A DNA stretch of 63,996 nt, the filler included, from Aduncisulcus paluster (lineage: Eukaryota), in NCBI GenBank assembly GCA_024181965.1. It is 7 parts of 7 records of this genome, joined end to end, with 100 filler letters (N's around TTAATTAATTAA, not from the genome) between each part and the next. Parts side by side here need not be neighbours in the genome. Positions count along the whole stretch, not along the records: positions 1 to 17,562 come from BQXS01012451.1; 6 more parts are not named here. One strand, written 5' to 3'. Made by a program: the position numbers and the translations under genes. Shown here in pieces: positions 1 through 12,884 of the stretch; the stretch's first letter is position 1; the number at the start of each line of letters is the position of its first letter. Under the pieces are notes generated by a model, which saw only the letters and a list, made by a program, of their open reading frames with translations, made no database searches and was not told the origin of the DNA.

Positions 1-235
1 CTTTCATTACAGCAGGAGAAATTGCCGATTCTTCGAATAATTTAATGGCGACATCAATAGTTTTTTCGGGTTTGGAAGAAGAAGTAAATACAGCTGATCT
101 TACTGGACCAAAAGCTCCACGACCAATTTCTTCAGATCCTTCAAAAGAAATCTGACTCTCATCGATCATATGAGTGGAGAGATTGGAATGTTGTAGCTGG
201 AATGTTAAACCACTAGTAACAACGGGCATAGACAT
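1..235 (-). CDS. Protein kinase, N-terminal part (runs off the window)
   Basis: Not in the ORF track. Manual translation from ATG at 235 gives MSMPVVTS...EEIGRGAFGPVRSA...DVAIKLFEE, containing the Gly-rich loop GxGxFG and the VAIK lysine. Confidence 0.85.
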   Translation of the reverse strand, partial: MSMPVVTSGLTFQLQHSNLSTHMIDESQISFEGSEEIGRGAFGPVRSAVFTSSSKPEKTIDVAIKLFEESAISPAVMK

Positions 236-759
236 ATAAAGGTATAATATTTAATGAACTCAGATATAAAAATATGTTTGAGCCAAAGGTTTGATGGGTT
301 TGATGTAAGCTGCAAACAAAAGGAGTCTAAATTTGGAAGGGCCGAAAATCAAGGAACCTGGGGAAAATAAAATCAAAAACTGATAGAAAATAAATCTATA
401 CCATGCAAGAGATTCATTACTTGATTAATTTTTCTCTATTTCGATATATTTCGATCTTGAATATTTCGGGGTTTTATAGGAAGAGGATGGAATAAATTTA
501 TTATTCCAAGCATCAAAAGACCATTTTTTATCATTATACTTTCAATGGCTTCTTGGGTTCTTTCGATTTTCGCCGCCCCCATTGTTAATTCGCAAATCGA
601 AAGTCGACCTGTCAAGATATCTCATAATAGGTGGTATTGGAGTGTATACGGATCCAATTTGCATACTTCTATCCGCATAATACATGAAATAATCTCTCTC
701 CTTGATTTTTATGGTGTTTTATTTTTAAAGAATTTCAACTCCCTCTTTTCCTTGTCAAC

Positions 760-1417
760 ATGTTTTATCCTAGAATTATGAGTAGATTTTTTATCCCAAT
801 TCATGCTTATAAGTTTCGATATGGAGCGTCAGATGGGTGTTGTACAAATCCTCTTCAATGTATGTTTTTTTTTTTCATATTTTTTCCTGTGTGTCACCAA
901 TTGATATTTATATCCCCTTTTTTGGTACCTATATTCTCCACTATTTTCTTTTATGTGATATGTTCTTAAATATCGAATAGATATTCACCAACAAATGATT
1001 ACCAAAGAATTTTTATCAGCTGAGGAAAAAGCTCGTTCAGTTCGTGGATTACCCCCATTCTTTCCTTCTAATGGTAAAATTACTTTTTCAGAGGCTGTTG
1101 TTCCCTTTTTATTCTCTTCTTGGATTTCGGGTGCTGTTATTGGTGCTCTAACTGGTGGAATAATAACCTTTTCAAAATGTTGGATGTATAACAGGCGGTT
1201 AACTAACTCTCTCCTAAAGAGTCCTTTAAAAGTATCGCCTTCTCTTCCAAAATTACCAGTTTCGGCCATGTTTCATGAATCGTTTAGAAAAGGGACTGAA
1301 ATTGGTGTAAAATGTGGCAATTTTACAATGGTTGCCTCTGTATTGGCAAGAACTATGGGATTAATGCTTGGGAAAATGATTCGGGGTGTTATTTCGGGGG
1401 TAGGAGGGGTTAAATAG
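760..1417 (+). CDS. Small membrane protein, two exons (760-859, 981-1417); weak resemblance to Tim17/Romo1 family
   Basis: A GTATGT donor at 860 and AG at 980 join ORF 760 in frame to ORF 995. Gly-rich hydrophobic helices SGAVIGALTGGII and GNFTMVASVL are present. Start codon uncertain. Confidence 0.55.
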
Positions 1418-1898
1418 GAGATTACTATGGTAAATCAACAATTTTAGGATATAAAATGCTAGAAAGTTGCAGTATAAACGATACTATACTTGGAATTTGT
1501 TCATGATGAGATTCAAAATCTTCAAGAAGTTTCTTCCAGATGAAAACAAAGCGTATCCACATATTTGAAAAATAAAATATCCAGTTTATTGAATTTCATT
1601 CCTAAATACTTCAATATTTTTCTGAAATATTCAAATAGGTTTTCAAAAAATAATCCCAGACACCGAAATCTGTTCTATCTTTTGTTATGGAAATATTTAT
1701 TTTAGTAAGTTGGAATAAAAAAAGTAAAAATATAAAAATATATACGATTGGTTCGAAATTATTGTTTTTAATTAACGATTGCATGAGTATGGTGTTGGAG
1801 CTTCGGACAATCAATATTGATTCTCTGTTTTTCTGAAGTCTTGGTCAAGACTATTCTTCGTTCTTTTATTTTCTTATACCGATAGACATATTAAGACA

Positions 1899-3826
1899 AT
1901 GTCAAGTTCAATAATGCGAAAACAACGATCAACGATCGAAATTTCAGAAACTTCTTCAAGTGATCAATCCGCTGAATTACCAGCAAAGGTTATTGTAACT
2001 GAAGTTAAACCTGAACAACAGAAATCCTCTGCCCCAGTTGGAAAAATTATCGGGGCTATTGCTGGAATCATCGCTGCTATTACATGCTGGTGTATTCCCA
2101 TGGATCCTGATAACAAAGAAGTTCAATATTGTGCTGGATGTGTTTTATTAATTGCTATTTTTTGGATGTTTGAGGTTTTACCTCTTGCAGTTACAGCTTT
2201 CCTCCCTCTCGTGTTGTTCCCAGTTTTCTCTCTTCAAGAAGCCAAAACCGTTGCCGGAAATTACATGAAAGACACTTCTTTCGTTTTCCTTGGTGGTTTT
2301 GTCATGGCTTTAGCTATGCAAAGGTGGAATCTTCACACTCGTCTCTCTCTCAAGGTTGTTGTTGCGACTGGTGGTCGTCCTAAACTCCTTCTTTTCGGAA
2401 TGATGGCTATCACCTGGTTCCTTTCTATGTGGATTAGCAACACGGCCACAGTTATGGCCATGATGCCCAACGTTCTCGCCATTTCTGACTCTCTTGAGAA
2501 ATCTCTTGGAAAAGATAAAGTGAGAAAGTTCTCTCTCGGAATGCTTCTTGGTGTTGCATACTCTGCCTCCATTGGTGGTGTTGGTACCCTTATCGGAACT
2601 CCCCCCAATCTTTTCTTCCGGAACATTCTTGCCGAGACATATATTGACACTGACACTGGCAAGGGAGNNNNNNNNNNNNNNNNNNNNCAGTTATGGCCAT
2701 GATGCCCAACGTTCTCGCCATTTCTGACTCTCTTGAGAAATCTCTTGGAAAAGATAAAGTGAGAAAGTTCTCTCTCGGAATGCTTCTTGGTGTTGCATAC
2801 TCTGCCTCCATTGGTGGTGTTGGTACCCTTATCGGAACTCCCCCCAATCTTTTCTTCCGGAACATTCTTGCCGAGACATATATTGACACTGACACTGGCA
2901 AGGGAGTTTCAGTATCTTTCTCAGAATGGTTCTTCTTCGCTTTCCCCACTGCTCTTGTTCTCTTCCTCATTGTCTACGTTCTGTTTATCTTTGCATTTGT
3001 CCCCGGCAAGAAGAATCCCATGAACATTGACATGTCTGACTTGAAAAACAAACTTGCTTTGATGGGTAAGGCTTCATTTGAGGAGAAAATGGTCGGTGTA
3101 TCTTTCATTATCTTGGCTTTCCTTTGGATGTTCCGCAAAGACCTTGATTTTGGAAGTTTCAAGATTCCTGGATGGAGTTCTATATATCCTGACGATAAAA
3201 ACTTTATCAGTGATGGAACTGTTGCCATGTTTGTCTCCATCATGATGTTTGTGATCCCTGCCAAGAACCCAGACCCAGAGACTGGAGACAAGACCCATAT
3301 AATGGAGTGGAAAGAGATGAAGAAGGTTCCATGGGACATTTTGTTCCTCTTTGGTGGAGGGTTCGCCATTTCTGACTGTTTCTCAAGCTCCGGTTTGAAT
3401 GTTTTCATTGGTGATAAATTCTCTGGCCTCGATGGTGTTTCCCCAGGTGTCATTATCTTCGTCTCTATCTTTGTTATCACATTTTTGACCGAAGTAACCT
3501 CAAACACGGCCACAAGTACCGTTTTCCTGCCTGTGTTCGCTGCTCTGGCCAACACTCTGAACCAAGATCCAAGAGCATTCATGATTCCTGTTGCCGTTGC
3601 CTGTTCCTTCGCCTTTGCTCTTCCTGTTGCCACTCCCTGCAACCTCATTGTGTTTGGTTCCAAGAAGATTACAATGGGAGACATGGCCAAGACTGGAATA
3701 GTCATTAATTTCATTGCCATTGCTCTGAGTACAGTCCTTTGTATCTATTACCTCCCTCGTATATTTGGATTTACTCTAGGTGACCCTGCTCCCTCAAATT
3801 GGTCTTATGTCGAGGCCTCAGAATAA
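1899..3826 (+). CDS. SLC13/DASS sodium:dicarboxylate/sulfate symporter (one gene, split by a gap with duplicated flank)
   Basis: Motifs SMWISNTAT, GTLIGTPPN, TEVTSNTAT and FALPVATPCN, with many TM helices. 2449-2667 is repeated at 2688-2906 across the N gap. Confidence 0.93.
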
Positions 3827-4376
3827 TCTCAATATCTTTCAGAGAGAGTTTTGGACCTCAATATACATTACATTACTATATTAATACGAGTAATAACCTA
3901 CACAAACTGATGTACACTTTTGAACAGGTTCTGTCAATAGTTTTTAATTATTTTTATTTATTTATATGTTAAAATATATTATTTATATTTGTTGAATACT
4001 ATTATTCTTATTATCTAATAAAAAGTTATTATTTATTCGTTTGAACCCGGGAGGTTTATTTGGTCCCTAGAAGTTCATAAACTAGAAATCATTTCTATAT
4101 TATTGAATAATGCCCATTTCATTACCAAAACTTTTGATGGAGATCATCTCCTATGAGATCGGATCTCATAGAGGATTTTCTTGAAAGGAATTTCACAGAT
4201 CTGATAAAAAATAAAATAATTCTTCCTATTTCCATTTTCTTTTATTAACTTTTTTGGTGTTAACTAGTGGATAGTATGCCGATTTTGTCGGGTATCCTCA
4301 GATCTTCCAGAGGAAAAATACAAGGTGTCTTTTGGCAACACTTTCATTATTTTTCACGATTATTCTTGAGAATTAG

Positions 4377-6386
4377 ATGTCAAGTTATACTCATGCAATC
4401 TTATATGGGATTAATGATTCCAATGTGAAGAATGTCACATCCAAGGCTAAAATCATTAAACGTCGGGCTTATGGATATGATTCCAACATTCTCCATGTTA
4501 CAGGACGTCCAAAAGATATTGATAAGATATATGACGAATTCCATTATTCTATTTGTGAGCCTCCAAGTGGTGTCAAGATTCGCCTCGTTGCTAGGTATGA
4601 AGTTGTCGTTTGTCTTCGCTTCTCTGAAGATAACTATAATTCATTTATAAGGACATACTTAAAGAACCCTTTACATGCTTCCAAAATCCCAATGACCATC
4701 TCTAATTTTTCTACTCGTAAAATCCAATCTGCGGATGCTAAAGAATGTCTTGGTGACAATTTCACCCATGAAGCCTTTGGAGTCTTGCATTATCGCCCTC
4801 CTATGAAGCACCGCACCTTGCAGGATCATTTTTACTTGCAGGTGAAGTCTTTGGCTGACTATGCTGCTGTCGTCAGGTTGATGAATTATTATAGCAATTC
4901 AACCATCGGTCCCCACTTGAAAGAATACGATGATCTCAAAGATGACCAAGGTGTCATGATCCAAACCGCTGAAGATGTTCCAGCTTATGTTGTATTCAAC
5001 GAGTGCATGGCTCACGGATCCGTAGAATATTTCGTCCGTAAGAGTTCTCACACTTATATCGTTGTGATGGGAAGGCCGAGTGAGGCTGATAAAGTTCGTA
5101 GTCTCAAGAAGAAAATGGTCGAGTTCTCAAACCCTAAAGGGAAACCGTACTCATTCTCCATGCATTTCAAACCCTTTGGGAAAAGAGGAAGCGATGNNNN
5201 NNNNNNNNNNNNNNNNGCTTATGTTGTATTCAACGAGTGCATGGCTCACGGATCCGTAGAATATTTCGTCCGTAAGAGTTCTCACACTTATATCGTTGTG
5301 ATGGGAAGGCCGAGTGAGGCTGATAAAGTTCGTAGTCTCAAGAAGAAAATGGTCGAGTTCTCAAACCCTAAAGGGAAACCGTACTCATTCTCCATGCATT
5401 TCAAACCCTTTGGGAAAAGAGGAAGCGATGATGGAAGGGGAAGAATTGGCGGTGGTAGATCCAGCTCTCATTCTTCCTCTTCTCCTTCTAAGAAATGGGG
5501 CGACACTATCCGTATATCTGGGTGCCCTGTGAAGTGGACTGAAACTGACGTTACTAGGGCTTTCTACAATGCATTCAAAGAGGGTGTGACGCCATCCACA
5601 GATGATGGTACCACTCCGAAATATCTTCCTGATGTTAGCTGCGTTGGAAAAGGAATCTTTGAGTTCACTCTGGATGAAGACGACGAAGATGATGGAAATC
5701 CTGTCGATTTCGCCAATCATTTCGCTGGATACGTTCCCCAGTGTTCCAGAGATTCCCCCGATGCTGTCAAGCTCATTGTGCAGCTCAAGGATCTGAAGAA
5801 AGGGACATGGATAGAATGGAAAGAACAACGTCATGATCCAAAGATTCAGCATTGCTTCACGGTTGTTGAGCCAACAAAGAAGTCAAGAAAGAAGCCAGAT
5901 ATCGATTCAGAGCCCTCCGATACTTATTCAGATTCTCCTTCTCCTTCTCCTGATGACTCCTCTAGTGATGATGATTCCTCCTTTGTTCAGGGAGGATCCA
6001 AAGGAAAGCAAAAAAGTGGAAAGAAGAAAACTTCCTCAAAGAAAACACCTGATTTTGCTGAGTCTTTTGACCCTATGGACTTTTCCAAAAAGAAGAGCAG
6101 AAAGTCCAAACGTGTGGAAAGAGAGAATGAATCCTCTTCTGAGGATGAGTCAAGCGATGTCGTAGTGAAACCATCGTCAAAGAAACAAACAAAAGGTACA
6201 TATGATGAAGAGTCAAGCTCAAGTGAAGAACCAAGGAAACCCATCAGTAAGAGTTCTCATCCAAAGAAAGCTTTTGATGATGATTCCGAGTCTTCTGAGA
6301 TTCCACCTCCACCTTCTGCCGGAAAAAAAGCCAAAGTTCATCACCATGGTCATGGTCATCGGAAAAGGAAGAAGTCCCATAAATAA
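4377..6386 (+). CDS. Hypothetical protein with degenerate RRM-like domains and a Ser/Lys/Asp-rich tail
   Basis: Long ORF with RRM-like segments (TIRISGCPVKWTETDVTRAF; VFNECMAHGSVEY...YIVVMGRPSEA). 4983-5196 is artefactually repeated at 5217-5430. Confidence 0.55.
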   Translation: MSSYTHAILYGINDSNVKNVTSKAKIIKRRAYGYDSNILHVTGRPKDIDKIYDEFHYSICEPPSGVKIRLVARYEVVVCLRFSEDNYNSFIRTYLKNPLHASKIPMTISNFSTRKIQSADAKECLGDNFTHEAFGVLHYRPPMKHRTLQDHFYLQVKSLADYAAVVRLMNYYSNSTIGPHLKEYDDLKDDQGVMIQTAEDVPAYVVFNECMAHGSVEYFVRKSSHTYIVVMGRPSEADKVRSLKKKMVEFSNPKGKPYSFSMHFKPFGKRGSDXXXXXXXAYVVFNECMAHGSVEYFVRKSSHTYIVVMGRPSEADKVRSLKKKMVEFSNPKGKPYSFSMHFKPFGKRGSDDGRGRIGGGRSSSHSSSSPSKKWGDTIRISGCPVKWTETDVTRAFYNAFKEGVTPSTDDGTTPKYLPDVSCVGKGIFEFTLDEDDEDDGNPVDFANHFAGYVPQCSRDSPDAVKLIVQLKDLKKGTWIEWKEQRHDPKIQHCFTVVEPTKKSRKKPDIDSEPSDTYSDSPSPSPDDSSSDDDSSFVQGGSKGKQKSGKKKTSSKKTPDFAESFDPMDFSKKKSRKSKRVERENESSSEDESSDVVVKPSSKKQTKGTYDEESSSSEEPRKPISKSSHPKKAFDDDSESSEIPPPPSAGKKAKVHHHGHGHRKRKKSHK

Positions 6387-6644
6387 GTTTTTGATTCATT
6401 GGAATGACAATGTATCTCGATGTTTATTGGTCTGACCTATTCTAATTATACGTGGTGTTTCTGGAATCGGAAATTTTTCTGGGACCGACTTTTCTGGGTC
6501 CATGTTTTGTAAATAAATTATCACCTGGTTTAAAACTTTGCTTTTATTGATTTTTATTTCTTCGACTCGATTTTTTCCCTGGAATTTCGATTGAAAAACA
6601 GATTTGGAAATTGTGAAGCCAATAACAAGTAAGAATTGAATCAA

Positions 6645-9136
6645 ATGTCAATATCAGTTTTTAGTTGGCCTGTTAAAGCATGTGTTGGGTCAAAAATGCT
6701 TCCTAGATGTATGTTTATAACATAAGTATCTTATTTTCTCCTTACTGGTATCTTTTCAAGTAATTAATGTTTTATTATTAACTTTGTTTTATAATTATAA
6801 TAGTAATGATATTTTCAGAAGAGATGTTTTGTACAATTGATCCCAGCAATGGAGAAATTGTTATCCATCTTTCTCTCAAAGATATAATGAGATTTTCATG
6901 GGATCGTGGGTCAAAAGGTTTATTTCGTATTATATTTTCTAATGGTGATGTTCGAATGTACGTATCCAAATATCGCTCCGAAATATTGCATTGTATGACT
7001 CTTCGGACAGCTCTCGCAAAAGGAGAGGAAATTCCAAAGACAGTCAAGCATGTACGGGATGATTTATCGTTTTCTCTTCTTAGCACAGATCCCGAGCGTA
7101 CCACTTTGATCCTTGGGAAGACTGGTTTGCGTGTTTGTTCTTCTTCAACAATTAAAAGTCAAAATGTAACATCATCTTTTCTCCATTCGCCAATAACAGA
7201 TACTCCAAATAGTTCCTCAACCCCGTTACCGCTTTCTGGGACTGGTACTCCATATTCCCCTATTTTCCCTTCTCATTCATCGACGTCTGCTGAAATGTCG
7301 CCCAGATCTCTTCTCTCGAGCTCAACAATTGATCCATCCTCTTTATCGTGCGAATATATCGATGTTCGTTCACTCCGCCGCGGGAGTGCTCCTTCTTCTC
7401 TCATAATATCTACAAACACGGGTCTTGCTATCCCCTTGCAGTTTAAGAATGACCGTGGTACCGCTGTTACCGCACTTGCTGGTCGTGTATGCCTGTATTG
7501 TGGTGGGATAGAGAGGATACTTGGTGCAAATGAAAAGATCAAGATCTCTTCTTCTTCTTCTTCTTCTTCTTCTCTTGCGCTCACTGGTAATGAGGCCATC
7601 GGAACTCAACCTATTATCAGTGGAAAAGATGAACTCACTCCCCGTCCAGTATCATATGATCTTGAAGGTTCCAAAGCCTCTGATGGCACTCACATAGTTG
7701 GTTCTGAGACTCCTACTGGGGTTGACCTTACTGCACCTGCTGGCACTCCACTCAAGTCCACCTCTGATGGTGCCTCAAGTACTTCTTCTATACCTTCAGT
7801 AGCTGTTGTTCCTGATGGAGTCGCTGGAACTCACAGCGGAGTCGCTGGGACTCACAGTGGGACAGGAGACGGCATTGGAGGAAAAACTGATGTGGATGGG
7901 ATTATTCCTAAAGGTGAAGTTGAAGGTGAAGGTGCTCTGCCAAAGGATTCTTCAACATTCTCCTCTCTGTGTATGAGATGGACGGGAAATGTTGAAGATC
8001 TTGCAAAACCTTCAAGTTCTAGTGAAGTTATAGAGATTAATCCTTTATTTGGAGCCCCTAATAAGCACATGGTACTACGTACTGAAGAGAAGGGTATTAG
8101 ACATAAAAAAGACAGTGGTGATGTTGAGGAAGAGGAGAGAGAGGAAGACCATCGAGATGTATTCAAATATTTACGTAAAAGTTCATCATTCGGAATGCTT
8201 ATTGATTCGAAACAAAGAATTCAATATGGTTCGTCCGGTATGATCCCGATGCCTGGAGAAGTATCTGAAGAGGAGAGCCTTCTATCAAACTCTGGTATGG
8301 ATGTTGTATACGAAGAGAGAGAAAGAGAGAGAGAGAGATCATCCAAGGAGAGACGGGCAGGACCAAGCTCACTCTCAAAGGAATCTACTCCTATTTCTAT
8401 TTCTGGAACAGGTGAGAAACATGTATCCTTCTCGGATGACTCTCCGAAAGAGACTGGATTGAAACACAGAAAAGAAGGAGAAGAAGGTGAAGACAGTTTA
8501 AAATCGGATAGAAAGAAGAAGAATAAGAAAAGTGGAAAAAGTAAGAAAGCATCATCATCAAAGAAGTCGAACAAAGATAAGGAGAAGAAAAGAAAGAAGT
8601 ATGATACAGAATATGAAGAAGAAGAAGAAGAAGAAGAAGAAGAGGAAGAGGAAGAGGATGAAGAATACGACGAATATGAGAACTCTGAAGATCTCCAATC
8701 TCAACTCGGAGGTGCACGATCATTCAGATATAGTCGATCTTCATTACCCGTTGTCCCGGGAGTCACTCCCTTTAGAAAATGGAGAAGCCGTAGAGGTGGG
8801 TATCATACAATATTCATGCGTGTGTGTGGTGTCTCTGAGGATGGCAGACCAATAGTCGGTTGGAGTTCTTCAGCTATGAGTCCTCCCGATTTCAACCGCC
8901 GTTTGTTCGTTGAGGCTGTTGACTTCAAACATTTAAAGACGGAAATGTTACATGATATCTCTGTATCTGATTATGCCCTAATGATGGTGTTATTTGGTAA
9001 AACAGCTGCAAACCCAAGACAAATTGTTGCATTGACATTGATTGCCACAGATACAAACACTCGTGATATATGGGTCAGCTTTATTGAGAGCTATGTTGGG
9101 ACTGACCGGCCTATGATAACATATAACCTTGGATGA
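6645..9136 (+). CDS. PH-like domain protein, two exons (6645-6708, 6804-9136)
   Basis: Phase-1 intron GTATGT(6709)..TAG(6803) restores the frame. N-terminal PH-like fold, central low-complexity region, and a C-terminal PH helix LTLIATDTNTRDIWVSFIE. Confidence 0.6.
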
Positions 9137-9776
9137 GAATATCTATCCGTACTGTAAAATCTTGGAGGATGATTTGTCTATCTTGGAGATGATTTGATGG
9201 ATATATTCTCATTGTATATCACGCACACACACATAGAAAGAGAAAGAAAGAGAGAGAGAGAGAATGTTAAACAACTAAAAACATTTTATTTCGTGATTAT
9301 TTATAGTTTTTTTTAAAAAAATAATGTGTTTGTCATCTTCTTTTTCTTGTTGTTCTTTCGCCTAAAGAGATTGTAATTTTCATACATATATATATTTTGT
9401 TACTTGCCACTTCTTGTATTATTTTCCGCTATAGTTCTTGTATCTAATTATCCTAATTGTACAGATACGCATGATAATTATACTTTTTATCAACATTATT
9501 CTATTTTTTATTCACATACCAAAGGAATTATTAACTAAATTGATTGATTAAAGTCAAATCAATTTATATTTCAAAATCATTACATACTTATCTTATCCTT
9601 TGAAATGACGGATTTTTTGAGAACCTCTATACCTCTAATTTGCAGTTATGAGTGAATAAAATAGTATTTTTAGGAGAATATTTGAATGTATTGTTTCGAA
9701 ATTATGACTATGCAATCAAAAGATTAAGTTTTTCGTATTGAAATTTAATTATAAATGTATTGCCAATTTTTTTGTA

Positions 9777-9860
9777 GCACGGATGGCCGAGTGGTCTAAG
9801 GCGCAAGACTAAGGATCTTGTGTGGATTACCACGCGTGGGTTCGAATCCCACTTCGTGCA
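9777..9860 (+). tRNA. tRNA-Leu (anticodon AAG)
   Basis: GCACGGA/TTCGTGC acceptor stem, D arm, CAAGA-CT-AAG-GA-TCTTG anticodon arm, long variable arm, GGTTCGAATCC T arm, followed by TTTTT. Confidence 0.96.
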
Positions 9861-10093
9861 TTTTTAACTCTTAAAAATGAAAAGGAAGAATTCTTGAGAT
9901 TTTTGTTCAATTTTTCTGTTTTTTATTACCAATTTACAATTAAACAATAATTTAAAAGGGTTCTATTGTTCAAAAATGATCAACGCACAAGATAACAAAA
10001 AAATCTCAAAATAAAGATAGTTAGCAAGAATCATTTTATTTCTATTATGGTATTATTCTGAGGTGAATATTAATATTGATTATATACCTATTC

Positions 10094-11934
10094 TTAGCGC
10101 AATAAATACTTTTCCTTCATTAATATTTTAGTTTCTCCATTAGAGTCTTCAAGAGTGATATTCAATTCGATACCGACGTTTCTCTTGTTTTTACCAACTC
10201 TAATCATGCTAAGGGATCCCTTAACAGTATCGCCAGGCAGCACAACGATGGATTTTGAGAGATATAATTGTGTTTGGGCCCAGTGAGTGGAAGGGGCGAA
10301 TGGAGAGGTCGATAGAATATTATCCTGGGTAGTTCCATGGGCATAAGCAAGTTTCTCAGCGGAGTACGTTGCTCTCCTGTGCATTAACAGCAGAGAAGAC
10401 TCTGCTTCTGCCTCTTCTTGGAAAGGGTACAACAAAGTCACGTCACCATGTGCTACACGACTGGCAATGTCACTCTTGATATCCTTCACTTCGTCGTCAG
10501 TCTTCTCCCACATAATACAGTCAAACCACAGGGTGAAACAGTTCACAACGATACTGTTTTCTTGCTGGTGGTGAGGAGAAGTGGCATATTTAGTGGGTTT
10601 CCTCTTCTTTCCTGCTTTGGTGACATGTTTAGGTTTCAATACAAACTCTCCAATGAAATCCTGGGCATGCTCATCACATGTTGCCATGTCAAGGTGGTAC
10701 AATGGACAGGGACACTCGGAAACAAGCTCTTTTTCAGAGAGGGTATCGACCTGAGGTTCCCTGAACTTCTCTTTGGCAAGCTCAGAGAAATCGAGCCCTG
10801 TTCCATATATGTCCGTGAGTGCATGATGTCTATCGGCCACATACGCAGTACAATCACACATATCTATAAATATAATGGAACGAGAAGGAAGAATAATGGG
10901 GAACTCAGTGAGGCTGGATGCTGATGAAACGGAAGCAGAAGGATGGGAGAACATAAGATCAATAATGTCTGAGCCACAGAGATTTTGTTGACGGAATTTG
11001 GATTGAGAAGAAGAAGAGGAGGAAACGGTAGATGTTTCAAGGGGGGTTTTAGGGTTAGCTTCCGAGGAGGAGGGAGATAAAGGAGCCTTCACCTTANNNN
11101 NNNNNNNNNNNNNNNNTGGGGAACTCAGTGAGGCTGGATGCTGATGAAACGGAAGCAGAAGGATGGGAGAACATAAGATCAATAATGTCTGAGCCACAGA
11201 GATTTTGTTGACGGAATTTGGATTGAGAAGAAGAAGAGGAGGAAACGGTAGATGTTTCAAGGGGGGTTTTAGGGTTAGCTTCCGAGGAGGAGGGAGATAA
11301 AGGAGCCTTCACCTTACCAACACTGTACCTGTTTCTTGCTTTGATCACGGTAGAGAGCATTCCTTCGAAAAATAGACCGAAACCCATCCATTCACTCATT
11401 ATAACATCAAAACCATATTTTGAGTATTTAAGAATCTGAGGAGGTGGAATATCCTCCAAATACCCTCTGACAACAACAACATCGTCTTCAAATTCGTTGT
11501 GGCGAATAATTTTCCGGGCAATATCGACAACATCAGAAGCTTCAACACCAACAGCAACACGTGCCCCAGCTTGGACTGCAAACATTGATAAGATACTGCT
11601 TCCACTTCCAACATCCAATACACTTCGTCCTTCAATGTCGATAGAATTGATAGCACGAAGATACGCAGTCGTCCTTGCAGGATCTTCAATCATTTCGGAA
11701 TGAATTTCATGATGCCCATAACCATCAAAATACACTTCATCTTCTTGTTTGATGATGGAAGGTGAATCTAATTCTTTCTCACAACGAGAAGTGGATTCCA
11801 TCAATCTACAACACAATCATAAAAATGTCAATATATGAATAGTATAGCATAAAATTGAATAAAAAACAATGGTTTACATACATAGTGATTGATATGTGAC
11901 CCTGGAAAGCAAAATGGAAAATTTCAAGAGACAT
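10094..11934 (-). CDS. Type I protein arginine methyltransferase (PRMT1/PRMT3-like)
   Basis: Motifs YFDGYGHHEIHSEMIED, VLDVGSGSSILS, DVIMSEWMG and the THW loop (STHWAQT). Probable intron 11806-11881 with first exon 11882-11934. 10897-11096 is duplicated across the gap. Confidence 0.9.
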
Positions 11935-12086
11935 TCTCGTCTTTGCAGATTAATCCAATCTGATTATTCTTATATTCTAACATAGTAACACAATAACATG
12001 TGGATGATTTGCTTTATTCCAATTTTCGTCTGGTCTCTCGAAAAATTAAAATTGCTTCTTTGGCAACAATACGTTGATTTTATCGA

Positions 12087-12713
12087 ATGTATGAGAGGCC
12101 TTTTCATGTAGATGATTTCTTTTGTTTTAATAATGTCAATTTTGATCCTTTGACAGAGACAGTATGTTAGATAACCAAATAGATGTTTGTTGTTTCTATT
12201 CGCCATATTATTGATGTTCTTTTTTATTTTTTGGCATTTATTTTTTGAAAATAGTATCATCCTGCCTTTTATATGCCATACTTAACCCGATGGGGTGATA
12301 TATGTGAAATCGAAGAGTCTTTTGGAGGTGATATTTGCGGATATATGATTGCAAAAGCTGAGGGTCCTGGTGCTGATAGACATGGTCACGTTACCGCAGT
12401 GTCAGTCGCACCAGAATATCGCCGTCTTAGAATTGCTAAGAAATTAATGGAGAATCTAGAGAATAGAACAACAAATATTTATGGAGGAAAATTTGTTGAT
12501 CTGTTTGTGCGAAATTCCAACAGTGTAGCTCGACAGTTTTATCATTTATTAGGATACTATGATTTTCATATCGTTGATGATTATTATGGAGATGAAAATG
12601 GATTGGATATGCGAAAGGAATTCTCATCTGGATCAAAAAAGAAAGGAAAGAAAAAGAAAACAAAACATGTTTCACCAGAATGGTATGAACAATGGGCAAA
12701 GAATTGGAAATAG
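12087..12713 (+). CDS. NAA20: NatB catalytic subunit N-alpha-acetyltransferase 20, two exons (12087-12161, 12255-12713)
   Basis: Spliced product MYERPFHVDDFFCFNNVNFDPLTET|YHPAFYMPYLTRW...HGHVTAVSVAPEYRRL...FVDLFVRNSN matches Nat3/Naa20. Confidence 0.93.
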
Positions 12714-12884
12714 TTGCATCGTTGAAACTCTTTAAATTATGCAGAATAAATATTTAAATTTGGATTTATGAGTGGTTTTACCCCTATTTATTGTTTTATG
12801 ATATTTATGAAATATGTTTGTATCCGAGAAGTTCATCATCGCAGTTTTCTGTCACATTGTATATTTTTGTTTCGAAAAATTTAA

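Noticed and set aside
2449..2906. Apparent internal duplications flanking 20-N gaps (also 4983-5430, 10897-11316, 22079-22808, 58910-59632)
   Set aside because: Identical or near-identical 200-355-bp overlaps on both sides of fixed-size gaps are unmerged contig ends, not biological repeats. The second ncRNA copy and the second MORN5/RJL starts are artefacts of this.
2333..3720. Long antisense ORFs over SLC13, and similar shadow ORFs over VPS18, 23.6-26.3 kb and the EGF gene (e.g. His/Gln-rich 62783-63604)
   Set aside because: These are codon-bias shadows of real genes on the other strand or frame.
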